Assembly: GCF_000143415.4 (NCBI RefSeq)
Contig: NW_003314276.1
Location: forward strand, 583,630 to 647,629
Length of the DNA: 64,000 nucleotides
Direction: 5' to 3'
Source of the DNA: Selaginella moellendorffii
Lineage: Eukaryota; Plantae; Lycopodiophyta
Below are positions 36,778 to 48,955 of this stretch, piece after piece. How positions within the stretch are numbered: position 1 is the first letter of the stretch; each line of letters begins with the position of its first letter. The position numbers and the translations under genes were made by a program. A model generated the notes under the pieces. That model saw only the letters and a list, made by a program, of their open reading frames with translations, was not told where the DNA came from and made no database searches.

Positions 36778-38647
36778 TTACTGTTGTTGTCGCCCAGCGA
36801 GCTTCGGGAAGGGGTCCTGCTTGCTCAGCACCACCACTCGGCTCTTGTGCGAAAAGTAGCCTTTCATCAGTGCCTTGTGGATCAGAATTGCCATGGAGCA
36901 TTCCACCTGGAGAGACTCAAGACCTTAGATTCAAGCACTGTCAATCAGTGGAGCTCACCTCGTCCATGTCCATGTCCACCTCGAGCCACTTCATAGCTTT
37001 TAGGATCACCTCCATCCTGACTTGGTGGGCGCGGCCAGGATCCCGCTGCTTTTGGATATTGTATCTGTAACAGTGGCACCAAGAAGCGTGAGACACGAGA
37101 GCGGTGGCTGCGGTGGCTGCGGTGGTGGCTTACACACATCTTTCTTAAAAGTCGTCTGTAGACATGGGATTCGAGCTTCTCCAGGACGAGATAGACACCC
37201 GATCTGAAAAAACTGAGAGGGGAAAGCGTAAGTTTTGTGTCGAAGCAGTACAGTGCCGTCTTACTTGTTCTCGTTAGCTTTCAAGGCACGTCGAAGTAAT
37301 CTGACGTCTCCTCGCTTCAGAGCTCGGACAACGTCAATATACTGCATAAAGGAAGAGTCAGGAAGAACAGTCGTTGCTACCACCTTGCTACCTCGGACAG
37401 GTTGTATTTTGTAAGCAAGCTCTCTTTTGGTAGCACCCCGAGTGCTAATCTCACGGGTACCAGGTACTTCAAAATCATCCTGCAAGCTACGTTACTACAA
37501 CGTCAAGTACGTCAACAACAGAACATACCTTATGTTCGCCTTCTTGAAAGGATCGCAGCGTTCCAAGGCATATGTGAGCTTTCGGTCGGCCTGAAATATC
37601 ATAACAAAGTAAGCGCGAGAAGAAAAGCTTTTCTGCACGATCACTTACTGCCGAGACGTTGTCGTTGAAAACCTCTAGACGGCCTGTATAATACATATAA
37701 GTCACCTTCATGGGAATAGAGTTAAGCACTTCTCATGGCTGTAAAAAGGCATTACGAGCATACCCGATCCTTGGCAGGAAAGTCTTCGAAGTCGAAAAAC
37801 CGAGATGTGTCAATACTCCTGATCACACTTCGGCACATATGGACTGTTCCCAGCTGAACAACGAAAAGGCCAGAATCGATCTGTCTGTACCAGCGACAAG
37901 ATCTTCCAAACCTTGAAGTAGATTTTGAATAGTTGGCACGTAACGTAGAGAGCACCGACGCGCTTGGGACCTTTTCCTTGAATGGCACCGAAAACCTTCA
38001 TAAGAAACGAGCCAGCACCCTTGAGCTTATCCGGTGCCTTCCCATTCATCGCCATTTCCCTGTCAGCCTGTGAAGAATGAAACTCGAGTTTTCAGAGGAG
38101 CGTGAAAGAACAAAAAGACAGTGAGAAAGATACCATCTCCCCGACAGTGCGAAGAGCGTAGACGATGACATGAAGCGCTTCCATCGCCCACGTTGATTCC
38201 CAGTTGCGATATTCTTGTAAGAAAGCACTATGGAGCAGTTGGTATCCAACAATCCATCAAAGATCAACATACTTTGCCGATTTCTCGAGGGAATTGTAGG
38301 CGTCCACATAGCGATTCTGATGGTAGCACTGCATTGCCCGCGTGTGATGGAGTAGCATTTCTCCCAGCGGTGCGTGCTTGTCTACCTGTTTCAAAATCCT
38401 CGCAGGATCCTGGCGGAAAAACCAGCTGAGAGAGATGCTCCTCGACTCAATGGCGACGCACCTTTGTGTGATCCAGGCAGGAAGACACCGTCTCCGCGTA
38501 GGAATTCGTGGCATTGATCGCCAGCGCCGCAGCAAATGCCGATCCATCCTGGCTAGCTAAAGAATCCGTGATGAGGCTCACATAATCCGCGAGCCTGCGA
38601 TCGACGAAGCCGCCGCTTCCCTCCATCGCCCCGCCCCGCCACTCCAT
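36778..38647 (-). CDS. EER5: PCI-domain protein THP1/PCID2 (TREX-2 subunit), multi-exon
   Basis: GKAPDKLKGAGSFLMKVF, QLFKIYFK|LGTVHMCRSVIRSI, VTYMYYTGRLEVFN and KGYFSHKSRVVVLSKQDPFP. Confidence 0.92.
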
Positions 38648-38762
38648 AGCTAGGGTTCTCACTAAATGAAATAAATATTTACAAAAGAGGAGGCAAGGGT
38701 TCGATTCCTCATAGACGATAGCAAAACAAGTTAGCCAATCTATCTTAATAGAATTCCTTCCA

Positions 38763-40051
38763 TCACTTCTTCCCAGGCCTTCCACCCTTCTTTGCACCGA
38801 CATCACCAGTCTGCTTACAAACAAAAAAGAAGAAAAAATATTCTTTTCTCGTCATTTCATGGAAAAGAAATTTAGAACCTACCTTCGTGCAAACGTAAAT
38901 GTAGTGTAAATTCGAGTCTAGAGCTGAGTGTGGCCCGATTGAGCCATCCTCGTTGATGGGAACTGGTTCTAAAAACTCCGGGGACGACACATCGTCAAAT
39001 TTCTGTGACCCGGGTCTGGCTGCAAGCAAAGGATTTTTGTGACTCTGTCAAGGAGTTATATACTCAAAGAGAAGTTTTGGAAGTAGATTTCTTACGAAGA
39101 ATGTGAAGTGTTATGTTCCAGTTCAATGCTGGAACCTGCAAGTGTGGCAATCGAACTCGAGGATCACCATATGTAACCTGGATAGCACAAGACACTAAAG
39201 TGTGAATCTCTTGTAGACATTGAAAGAGGAAAAGCTTACCAAGATGTATGAAGATCCTCCTCTCAAAACTCTGGTTGCATGCATGAAACAAAGTCAGCCT
39301 TGCACGAAAAGATGGAAGCTGACAGCCTCACCTTGAAACTTCTTCAAGCATTTTCGCAGCACTTATGGCTGCGCTAGTCCCACACTGGAATAGAGCAATA
39401 CACTTCAAACTCTCTCAAGAGAAATCACTAAGTTTCATGCTACTCACCAGGAGTGAATCCAGCATGCCTGCACAAAGAAGCCAAAAAACAAAAGGGGCAT
39501 TTTTATGCTAGCAACTATAAGCTTTGGGATGAACTCTAGTACCTTTGTCTAGAACAGCATCGAAAGATCCATCCTCGAATGTTGATAAATCCCGCACATC
39601 CATTGTCATATCTGTGTAGACCTTGCAAATAAGACATCCACCCAAAACTTTAAACGCCAAGCCAAGCCAGCCAAAGCAATTTCCCGACGAACGTACATTT
39701 AAGCTGGGGGACGTGCTGATACTTTTGATGCATTGCCTCGATCACGACCGTGGAGATGTCAATATTGACAATCTCTTGATAGCCATCGTTCACCATATCC
39801 TCGGAAATAGCTGCTCAATCGCAGTGATTTTCACAGTAAACATCCTGTAGAGCCGAAAATAGAGAAGGAAATCGCTCACCGGCATTCCCACAGCCGACCA
39901 TGAGGATCCGCGAAGTTTTTGGGACATATTTCTGGAGCAGCGCCGACAGACCTGCGTAGCGCTGGTACCAATCGAATGTGGAGGAATCGTTCTTGTAGCG
40001 ATTGTCCCAGTAGGACGCCTCGCCATACGCCTGTGGATTCCCTCGCGTCAT
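38763..40051 (-). CDS. SAM-dependent methyltransferase (EEF1AKMT4/ECE2-like), multi-exon
   Basis: AYGEASYWDNRY..FDWYQRY..RILMVGCGNA, FDAVLDK|GMLDSL, TYGDPRVRL and HYIYVCTK. Confidence 0.9.
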
Positions 40052-40253
40052 TCTTCCGCCTATCGCTCTCTCTTCCTCTCCCTCTGCCCTAATCCATCGC
40101 CCGGATCCAATCCAACCGCTTTGCGCCAATCCCAATTACTGATAATTAAAGCCTTGGATCCTGAGCCGCTTTGGAATGTGTGTTTGGGATCCGCGGTCCG
40201 GAGTTCCAATCCCCTAGCGCCAAAACAAAAGCCTTTACTTAAGTTAGAAGATG

Positions 40254-42377
40254 TCAAATTTTGAAAAGATTCCTGGGCTGGGCGGCAAAGATGTTCGCCA
40301 GGAGGGCGTACGATCGCAGGCTTTTAGGGTTCATGGCCAGGACCTTCTCTGCGGCGGATGCGCCGTGTTCTTCGTCACAGTGGATGCCAGATGATCCGAG
40401 CAAGCTCCCCCAGGCGCCGGGATCGGGCAGGAACGGCATGGAATCGATGAGCTCCTCGGCGTCTCGCAATCGCCCTGTTCGTCCGAGAAGATCCACGATG
40501 CACGCGTAGTGTTCTTGCACTGGCTGGATGCCGTGATCGGCAGCGATCGACAGGAAGTTCTCCCACGCTTGGCTCAAGAGGCCGTCGTGGCTGCACACAT
40601 GGAGAATGCTCATGAATGTGACCTCGTCCGGATCAACGCCCTCGAGCTTCATCGCGTGGAAGAGGCCGATTGCCTCGTTGGATTGCCCCTTGTAGGAGTA
40701 TGCCGCGATGATCGCGCTCCAAAGAACAGGATCTTGGGGCGAGGAAGGGATAGAAATCTCATCGAACAAGCGTCTGGCATCCGACACAAGCCCGTGCCGC
40801 GCAAATCCGGCAAGCATTGCAGTCCGCGGCAGCAGATCCTGGCTGGGCATTCCATCGAAAACCTTCTTGGCGTCGATAATCTCACCCTTGTCGACGAAAC
40901 CAGTGATCATCGCTGCGTGCGCGACTGAGTCCCGGGATGGAATCCTCTGGAACAGCACCTTGGCGAGATCCAGAGCCCCGGCCATGAAGCAGCACTGGAT
41001 CATCGCTGTCCAGGAAGCGATATTTCGAGCCGGCATCTCCTCGAACACTGATCTCGCCTCGTCGATGGATAATCTCGACTCCTGCGTGTAGATCGACAGC
41101 ATCAGATTGCGCGACACCAGACCCTGCCGTGGCATTCGCTGGATCGTGTTCTTGGCGTCGAGAACAAGCCCTCGCAGCGCAAATGCCCACGCCATGGCAT
41201 TCCACGCCGCCAGATTCCGGAATGGAATTCTATCGAACACTGCTTTTGCGTCGTCGATCTTTCCACGCAGAGAAAGAGCTCTGATCATAGCCGTGCACGA
41301 TTCCAAGCTGGGAAATTCCAGACGTTGAAAGATTCGTGTTGCCTCTACAAGGTTCCCTCTCTGGGCATGGGCGCAAAGGAGAGAATTCCAAGAGATGGAA
41401 TTGGGCATCTCCTCGATCAGCTCTCTAGCTCTCACCAGATCTCCACAGCGGCAATACGCAGCGATGATCGCATTGGAGCACACGGGATTTCGATCGGGAA
41501 TGTTCGCAAAGATCCTCTCCGATTCCTCTAGATTTCCAGCGCTGGAACTCGCCATGATCAGCGTCGCGCACACCACGGCATCGTGGCAAGGCATCAGCTC
41601 GAAGATTTCCATAGCCGCATCGATGGATTTGATCTGCGCGTAGCAGACAATCAGCGCGTTCCAGGACGCCCCGTTTCTCGCCGGCATCGCCAAGAACATC
41701 GCTTCCACTTGATCGAGATCTCCACTCTGAGCGTGCGCTGCAAGAACAACGTTCCAGGAAATCACATCGTGGCTCGGCATCCGCTGGAAGAGAGCCAGTG
41801 CCTCGTCGAGAAGATCTACACTCCAGACGAGCTCCTTGATCATCGTTGTCCACGCGATGACGCAGCGCTGATCCATTCTATCGAAGATTTCCCTGGCCTT
41901 GCACAAATCCCCGTTCTGGGCAAATGCCCCAATCATGGAGGTCATTGTCACAGCACTAGGGTTCTTCATCCGGTGGAACAAAGCGATCGCCTCACTCGGC
42001 AATCCCTGGCGGACGTAGGCGCTGATCATGGTGTTCCAGGAAGCAGTGGTTCGATCTGGCATCTCCGCGAAGAGATCTCGTGCGCTGCCCAGTTCTCCAT
42101 TCGTGGCAAATGCCTGGAGCATCATATTCCAGGAGAAAACATCCGGATGATCGATAGCGGTGAAGACAGCGAGTGCATCTTTGGTGCTCCCACACCTCCC
42201 ATACATTTGGATTGTGTGATTCATCACAAATGTGCTGGGGCGATGATCCAAATCCCGGATGCGCGAGTGGATTTGCTTCCCGCGAGAGAGATCCCGGCAG
42301 CACCGGAGTTGATGCACGAAATTCTCGGCCCTGGACACCGCTGGAGTGGGTAATCTCCCAGTTTTTGCGACGAACAT
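40254..42377 (-). CDS. PLS-class PPR protein with E domain and no DYW
   Basis: 707-aa ORF of short PPR repeats with HYACIVDLLGRTG..MPFLPD..WGSLL..YALLANIF. Confidence 0.95.
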   Translation of the reverse strand: MFVAKTGRLPTPAVSRAENFVHQLRCCRDLSRGKQIHSRIRDLDHRPSTFVMNHTIQMYGRCGSTKDALAVFTAIDHPDVFSWNMMLQAFATNGELGSARDLFAEMPDRTTASWNTMISAYVRQGLPSEAIALFHRMKNPSAVTMTSMIGAFAQNGDLCKAREIFDRMDQRCVIAWTTMIKELVWSVDLLDEALALFQRMPSHDVISWNVVLAAHAQSGDLDQVEAMFLAMPARNGASWNALIVCYAQIKSIDAAMEIFELMPCHDAVVCATLIMASSSAGNLEESERIFANIPDRNPVCSNAIIAAYCRCGDLVRARELIEEMPNSISWNSLLCAHAQRGNLVEATRIFQRLEFPSLESCTAMIRALSLRGKIDDAKAVFDRIPFRNLAAWNAMAWAFALRGLVLDAKNTIQRMPRQGLVSRNLMLSIYTQESRLSIDEARSVFEEMPARNIASWTAMIQCCFMAGALDLAKVLFQRIPSRDSVAHAAMITGFVDKGEIIDAKKVFDGMPSQDLLPRTAMLAGFARHGLVSDARRLFDEISIPSSPQDPVLWSAIIAAYSYKGQSNEAIGLFHAMKLEGVDPDEVTFMSILHVCSHDGLLSQAWENFLSIAADHGIQPVQEHYACIVDLLGRTGRLRDAEELIDSMPFLPDPGAWGSLLGSSGIHCDEEHGASAAEKVLAMNPKSLRSYALLANIFAAQPRNLFKI

Positions 42378-42422
42378 CGATGCGAATCATCCTTGTCGAG
42401 AGAACTTTCTTGAAAGAACAAG

Positions 42423-43835
42423 CTAGGGTTCTTGGGCCACTAGAAGTTTTTCAAGAGCGATGTCAAATGCGTCTGGATAGCCGTCGAGGCTGGATTTCGC
42501 GTAGATAATTCTGGGAATGATGCGCGCGACAGCGTCCTGCAGTGATCTCACCCGCGCCGCTGGGATTCTGGCGAGTTCTTGGATCACATCGATGCTCCCG
42601 TCGATGACGCTGTGATGCGGAAAGAAGATCGAGTAGGACTCTGGATCGCGTGGAAGATGCCACAGGTACTGTGTGTAGGCGGTGTGCTCGCTGAACACCA
42701 CGGGGATGCATCCAGCGACGAGGCCATCGAAGAAAGCCTTCCTGGTGGGGCTATCGCCGGGCGGCATCAGGCAGAAGACTGATCGCAAGGCGACGCAGGT
42801 GACAATCTCGGGATTTTCTTCGCAGTTGATTCTCTCGCAGCGCAGGATCGTGCACAATCTCTCGTGTCGCTGGCACTGTCTTCGTAGCGATCTTCTCATC
42901 GTCGCAGTGCTGCCGTTGCCATCGCGAAGAGCTCCAGCGAAGGACACCAGCAGGTCTCGCGACGATCCATTCACCACTGCCAGCCACTCGTCGATCTCCT
43001 GGCGCGAATCGGGATGGAATCCAGTCGGGTATGGCAGCGCCATCTGCGAGCTCCTCCACACGTCCCGCTCGATCAGCAGCTTGGTGGCGTTGTCCAGCTC
43101 CTGGATGGAGAGGAGGCTGCTTCCCCAGCTCTCGTGATTCTCCTCGCTGCGCCCAAAGTCCCACACGATCCGCCCAAGAACAAGTACGTGATCTCTGCCT
43201 CGCTTGCGATTCCAGTGACGATTTCCTTGCAGGTATCCCAGCAACCTCTGGCCGAGCTTGTCACGCATCTGGACTTGCTTGGTGAAGAGGTACTGCGACA
43301 CATCCAAGCCCGCGTAGTATGGAATGTAGAAGAGATTTGCGAGGTGGGGATCATCTGTGAGGCACTGGTACCGTCGAAAGCGCTCGTGGATCATGATCTC
43401 GAGAGCAAACTGGCCAGTTCTATACCACGAGGAAGCTGGGAGCAAGCGGCAGGATGAAACCAGCGTGGCCGTCTCCCCTGGGAATTGGAGTGAATCGAGA
43501 GCTCCCGAATCATTGGAAGTGGGAGGAGTGATAACTCTTGCCGGAAGGCCCAACCCGTGGTTGCCAAGACGATCGCACATCCAGGTGATTGGAGTTTGCG
43601 AGCTTCCACAGCATGCTCGCTCCAGGATTTGGCGGTTGAATTGGGGAGGCAATGGGTGGATGTAGACGCGCTTACCTTGGCAGTGATCACGCTGGAACAG
43701 GGGAAACGTTTTTCTTCCAAGAAATCTGGAAGAGAAGAGCCAGCGTCGATCGGATTGGAACTTCTTTTCTTGCGAGATCCAATTTGTGAGTAGCAGTAGC
43801 AGCATTACAGTAGCGATTGATGCGAGCTTCGCCAT
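42423..43835 (-). CDS. Xyloglucan galactosyltransferase-like GT47 (MUR3/XLT2 clade), intronless
   Basis: Type II anchor, VYIHPLPPQFN, WYRTGQFALE, FYIPYYAGLD, GRDHVLVLGRIVWDF, PYPTGFHP and FCLMPPGDSPTRKAFFD. Confidence 0.92.
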   Translation of the reverse strand: MAKLASIATVMLLLLLTNWISQEKKFQSDRRWLFSSRFLGRKTFPLFQRDHCQGKRVYIHPLPPQFNRQILERACCGSSQTPITWMCDRLGNHGLGLPARVITPPTSNDSGALDSLQFPGETATLVSSCRLLPASSWYRTGQFALEIMIHERFRRYQCLTDDPHLANLFYIPYYAGLDVSQYLFTKQVQMRDKLGQRLLGYLQGNRHWNRKRGRDHVLVLGRIVWDFGRSEENHESWGSSLLSIQELDNATKLLIERDVWRSSQMALPYPTGFHPDSRQEIDEWLAVVNGSSRDLLVSFAGALRDGNGSTATMRRSLRRQCQRHERLCTILRCERINCEENPEIVTCVALRSVFCLMPPGDSPTRKAFFDGLVAGCIPVVFSEHTAYTQYLWHLPRDPESYSIFFPHHSVIDGSIDVIQELARIPAARVRSLQDAVARIIPRIIYAKSSLDGYPDAFDIALEKLLVAQEP

Positions 43836-44031
43836 TTCTCTTGGAGTGGGAGCTATACACATACTTGACAATGGGAGGTATCTCCATGAAAAAGGGTGAT
43901 ACTTTGCTACAAAAGTTTCCAATGTAAAGAAGAACGATACTAGGACCAAAAGAGCATATTCTCTATTTTTAAAGTGAACGGTTGAGATTAACTCTGGTAT
44001 GTCAGCCCTAAATCCCTAGGCTTTAGGGTTT

Positions 44032-45218
44032 ATGGAGGTGAGGATCGTCCCAGGGCGGGGAAGGGGATTGTTCGCGCTGCGCGATCTTTCTGGCGGCCAC
44101 ATTGTTATTCGCGAATCGCCGCTGCTCGTCTATGGCGAGGCCGAGGCCGCTGGATCGTTCTGTGCCCACTGCATTCGTTGCGTTTCTTCCTCGTCCCCAG
44201 CGTGCGAATCGTGCTCAAAGGCGCGATTCTGCGACGAGCGATGCCGGGCAGCGGCGATAGCCTCGTCCCACACGCCGTGGATGTGCTCGGCGCTCCAGGA
44301 TGTGGCGAGGGCAGGGATAGGTCACGAGGCCGGGACGCAGGCAAGGTTTCTACTCGCCGCTGTGAGCCTCGCGGCTCGCAATGCGGAGGATTTTCAAAGG
44401 CTGCTGCTTCTGGATGGCCAGGCCAGCGTGTTCGCGAACGATCCAAGGCCCGCTGGAGTGGCTGAATTGGTCTTGGCATTGTTGAGGACGCACTGTTTCG
44501 AGCTAGCAAAAGGACTTTCCTTGGAGATGTTCTTGAATCTCCTGGCCAAGGACAAGATCAATGCCTTCGGTTTGATGGCTCCCAGCTCTGGGACTGCGCA
44601 GCGCAAGGTGAGAGCTTACGCTCGCTACGCGCAAGCGTCCATGCTCAACCACGACTGCCTCCCAAACGCTTGCAGGTCCGCAAGATTGATTTGAGTCCTT
44701 CGTTTCTTTCACTGATCTTTCACTGTTTACACAGATTCGAGTACTTGGACAAGCCTGGCGCATCCAACACCGATATCTACATTCGTCTCCTCCACGACGT
44801 GCCGCAAGGTAGCGAGATTTGCATCAGCTACTTCCCTGTGAATTGGAACTACAAGGAGCGGCGGGAGAGGCTGGTCGAGGACTATGGTTTCGAGTGTAAC
44901 TGCGAGAGATGCCGTGTGGAGCAGACTTGGAGCGATGGTGATGGTGAGGGAGACGAGGAAGAAGCCATGGAACACGACCAAACGGATGGAGATGGAGAGG
45001 ATGAAGAAGAAGAGATGGACAAAGATGGCGATGGCGATTTCCCTCACGCGATGTTCTTCGTCAAGTACTTGTGTCCCGAAGAGAGCTGCGGTGGAACGAT
45101 GGCGCCGCTGCCAGGCAATGCGAACCTCATGGAGTGTAATGTTTGTGGTCGCTTGAGAAGCGAGCAAGAGTTTATCGATGATCTAGAGCAGCACGGCACG
45201 GCACGGCACAGTGATTGA
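44032..45218 (+). CDS. ASHR2: SET/MYND histone lysine methyltransferase, 2 exons
   Basis: GRGRGLFA, a MYND cysteine cluster, NHDCLPNACR|FEY, SYFPVNW, YGFECNCERC and FPHAMFFVKYLC..CGGTMAPLP..MECNVCG. Confidence 0.9.
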
Positions 45219-45381
45219 CAAAACCTGGAAACATACGAGAATTTTATTCCATTGATTCAGTTCTCTCGAAAAAACTGACCAAGCTATAGTTATGGTTTGT
45301 CCCTCGAGCCAAAAGAAAATTAAAAAAAATCTCGAAAGATTACCGGTTAATCTCTTCGCAAAGCAATTCTTCGTCGCGATG

Positions 45382-46680
45382 TTACGTCGACATGATTGGA
45401 TCGTCCTTTTTCACCGACAGTCTCTCTGCAAAGATGAGAAGAAATCCATGAGTTTGAACGAGCAAAGCACGGGAAGACATACTCAAGTACTCGTAAGAGA
45501 TGATCATCGCTGATCCCCACAGAGTCATGCTCAGGAACCGCGGCACGAGGCCTCTGTAAAGTCCCTTCCAGCCATCATCTTGTAGAAGTTGTCTCGCAGT
45601 TCCTACGACTGTGGGATTTCCTTCGCTACTCAGAACCTGGAACAAGAGTAAAAGTTTCAGCCTTGGTTCTTTGGAACCAGCAGAGGTACCTGGAGACGTG
45701 TTTTTATAGTGTCAAATGGCGCAGTAAGCGCTGAAGCACACGCAGCAGCCACCAGGCCACCAGCAGCTTGCACCAAAACCATCTCGCTCTGGCTCGGGAT
45801 CTTGTGAGTTTCTTCTGTGTAGCCGAGAGCTCTGGTACAAACACTCACAGCCATGATAAGGCAGGCATACAAAAAAGCTTGTTACCTCCAAAACACGCGC
45901 TGGCTGGTGCCGTAAGAAGCCCACCACACACCGCTTGTTGGAGAGTACGTGATGACCGACATACCAAAGCCTCTGTAAAGTCCCCGGATGCCATCGGCCT
46001 TGACAATCTGGCGAACAGCATCGATGCCACCCGCGTACTTGGTTGATCCTGGAGTCCCTTGAACCATCAATCTTTGGCTCACCTGGAGAGAACGATGTAA
46101 GGTGTTACTTACGAACAAAAGAAACGAACGAAGAACAAGCAACGAAAGCTACTCACCACATCGAGCGGGACGAAGATGAACTGGGAGACGACTGAGGAGA
46201 GAAAGCCAGCAGCTCCATTCGCGATGGCGGCGGCGGTGGTGTCTGGAAAGTTGAGCTTGGACGTGAGGTTAAGCGCCGCGATCTTGGTCGTCTCGAGAGT
46301 TGTCAAGAACACCACTCTACTGGGAACAGTACCGGCAACGACGGTTCCAAATCCCCGGTAGAGTCCTCTCACTCCATCCGTGCTAAGAATCGATCTCACA
46401 ATGGCAGGAGCTTTCATATTCACCGCCTCCCCTCGCGCCACTTGCATTCTCGTCTTGACGACGGTGATTGGATAGAGCGCCGCCGACACGCCCGAGAAGA
46501 GGCCTGCCCCTACCAGATAGAATTTGGTTTTGTCAAGCCTACAAAAGAAATCGATCGATCTAAGGAAAATGCGAGGCGCTGCTAGCGATCTACAAAGCCA
46601 AGGGATTGCCGCGCTCACCTGTCCCAGTTGATCTCCGCTTGCGGCACTCCCGGCTTTTGCTGCGCGGCCATCGTTGCCAT
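45382..46680 (-). CDS. Mitochondrial carrier, SLC25A44-like, multi-exon
   Basis: EINWDR|LDKTKFYLVGAGLF, YPITVVKTRMQ, VPLDV|VSQRLMVQG, PFDTIKTRLQ and GWKGLYRGLVPRF. Confidence 0.93.
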
Positions 46681-46712
46681 AGACCTCACAAGAACCCTAA
46701 AATCAAAATATT

Positions 46713-47230
46713 TTAATACTCTCCATAGAACTCTTCTTCTTGCGGCTGCGCATAGAGTCCTCCCTCGCAATTTTCTTCTTCCAGATGCTCTTCCTCTTCT
46801 CCTTTTTCGTGCCCATCTTCTTGTCATCTTCGCGTCCATCGCCTTGATAATCCATGGGATTGATCGCAGTTCCATCTTCTTTTGTGTTCATCAAGTTCTC
46901 CTATTCGGATCAAACATTGACGAACTTGATCGAGAGGAATGCTTTCGCCGGCACTTGCAGTACATGTCGACTAGGGAGCTTGCGACGCAAAGGGCCAGCT
47001 CGTGGATCATCTCGGTCAAATAGCTTGTGCAGAACATCAAAGTTAACTCGTGATCCCAGTTTCTACACACAAACAAGCTTAAAGTTTTATCAATCGACAT
47101 AGCTCTCTCTCACCTTTGCTTCCAGCATCTGACGTGCTGCCTCTGCCGCGGGCTCTGCCGGAGGTTTCTTTTCAGCAACTTTTCTCGATTTTCTGGCCTG
47201 GACACATCCAAAGATGCTGGGTTTGAGGTG
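46713..47230 (-). pseudogene. BRF1 (TFIIIB subunit) 3' remnant
   Basis: KPPAEPAAEAARQMLEAK|KLGSRVNFDVLHKLFD and an acidic tail EEENCEGGLYAQPQEEEFYGEY*. The sequence contains frameshifts. Confidence 0.72.
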
Positions 47231-48799
47231 CAGTGGCAAACTCACATTCAAAAAGCCAAAGTCATTCGTGAAGCTGTTTACAACACTTTTCCAGACTTTG
47301 ACATGGTTGGTTTCAGAGATAAGAAGGTGAATAGGAGGAGCTGGTGCATGATTTGCTTCGTTCTCAGCAGCTGAGGCCGCTTGTTTTTGAAGAAGGCAAT
47401 GTGAAGCATAGATACGAGTGTCCAGAGACATTCATTCGCATTATAGTTGATGTGGTTTATGGCAGCAAAGGAGACTTTTAAAGGCTGTATCAAAGAAGCA
47501 TCCAGTTAGAAAGTATGAGGCAGAGCAGTCAATTGTAGACCTGTACACAGCTAAATTTCTAATCGATGGAACTTTAGCAATCAAACTTTTGAAGCCCACA
47601 TGTCATGGCTACGGTACTACGAGAAAGAAGGATATTTTTCGTGTTGGTAGTAGCATTGTTGAGGCTGTGGTTTAAGACAGGTGTCGTGCGTGCTCTAGTG
47701 GTTCGAATCACTCAACTCAGTGAAGAGGTACGCAACATCTAAATTAAAGGACTTATCACTTGAGGTAAATCAATTTCCTTTGATTTGTCTCTTGAATAGA
47801 AATGCTTTCTAATATTTCCTCTTTCATTTGGTTTTGATCAGAGCATAGTGAAATGGCTTGAGTATATGACTGAAGCATTTTGGGACATACAAAGTTCAAG
47901 AGAGCAGAGCTTCCAGAAAAAGGTATATTTGGACGCGGAGTTGACGAATACTCCGATGACAATCTTTATAAGCTTTTGATTTTTTATATTTTGATTGTTT
48001 TAGAACGCGTGTCATATTGCCACAGCAAATCTAGTTGGACATAGTGTAAGTACTTACATAGCATTATTTCACAAAATAAAGTTGGAAACTAATAGAAGAA
48101 GGTGTCAATATTTAAGTTTAGTTCTAATTATCTACTTATGAGAAATTCGAGATGTAAGTTGATCTTTACTTAAATTTCTATGTCTACTCAAAGTTTATTT
48201 TTACAACAGAATGTAAAGCCTAGCAAACACATCTCTTAGATGGATGCTGCTATACAGAAAAGAGATTAAGCACAAAAGGACAGTCTTAGAACTCTAAATC
48301 AAAAGGTTTGTTGAAGTTTCAGATTTGTTCTTATTATTGTTCTTCTAGCAGGTAGGAAAAAGAAGAACAGAGGCTATGGAGAATAGTGAAGAATGAAGAG
48401 TTTGCAGCCAATGTAACTTCAGGTGCAAAATCTGCAATAGAAAAAGCAGGAAAAATTGTGATATGGAAATTAAAGATTAACTTGTATGATCTATGTTCTT
48501 AGGTGGTTCCTAGTAATCAATATGAACTGCATCATAAGAAATCATCTATTCATTATGGATCCTAATGGAGGTTTGATTGGTCATGGAAGAGTGGTGCCAT
48601 GCTCAGCAAATTCCACTATTCACTGCCAAAATCTTAGGCCAATCCATTTAAGAATCAACATATGAAGCATTTTACTAACAGTTTAGTTCACACATGTTTG
48701 AAAAACTTATAGGAAACAGTTGGGTGATAAAGTACATATGCAAAGCAATCACTCTAGAAGTTCAATCTCAGGCATATATAACTTGCTTTTTATGACATA

Positions 48800-48955
48800 T
48801 ATAAAGTTCAATGAAACAGGTTGAAAAAAAAATTGATTGTAATGTTATTATTTATTCTTTAGCAAAGGAAAATTGGGTATAAAGTTCAATGAAACAGGTT
48901 GAAAAAAAATGATTGTAATGTTATTATTTATTCTTTAGGAAAGGAAAATTAGGTT
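48800..48955. repeat. Tandem duplication, about 78 bp x 2
   Basis: ataaagttcaatgaaacaggttgaaaaaaa..ttattctttag(c/g)aaaggaaaatt appears twice. Confidence 0.85.

Noticed and set aside
47655-47720. tRNA-like stretch (gttgag..tggtttaag..gtggttcgaatcactcaac)
   Set aside because: It is too short and has no intact D or anticodon arm; at most a decayed relic.
48340-48760. Possible decayed DNA-transposon exons
   Set aside because: Too degenerate to assign by eye.
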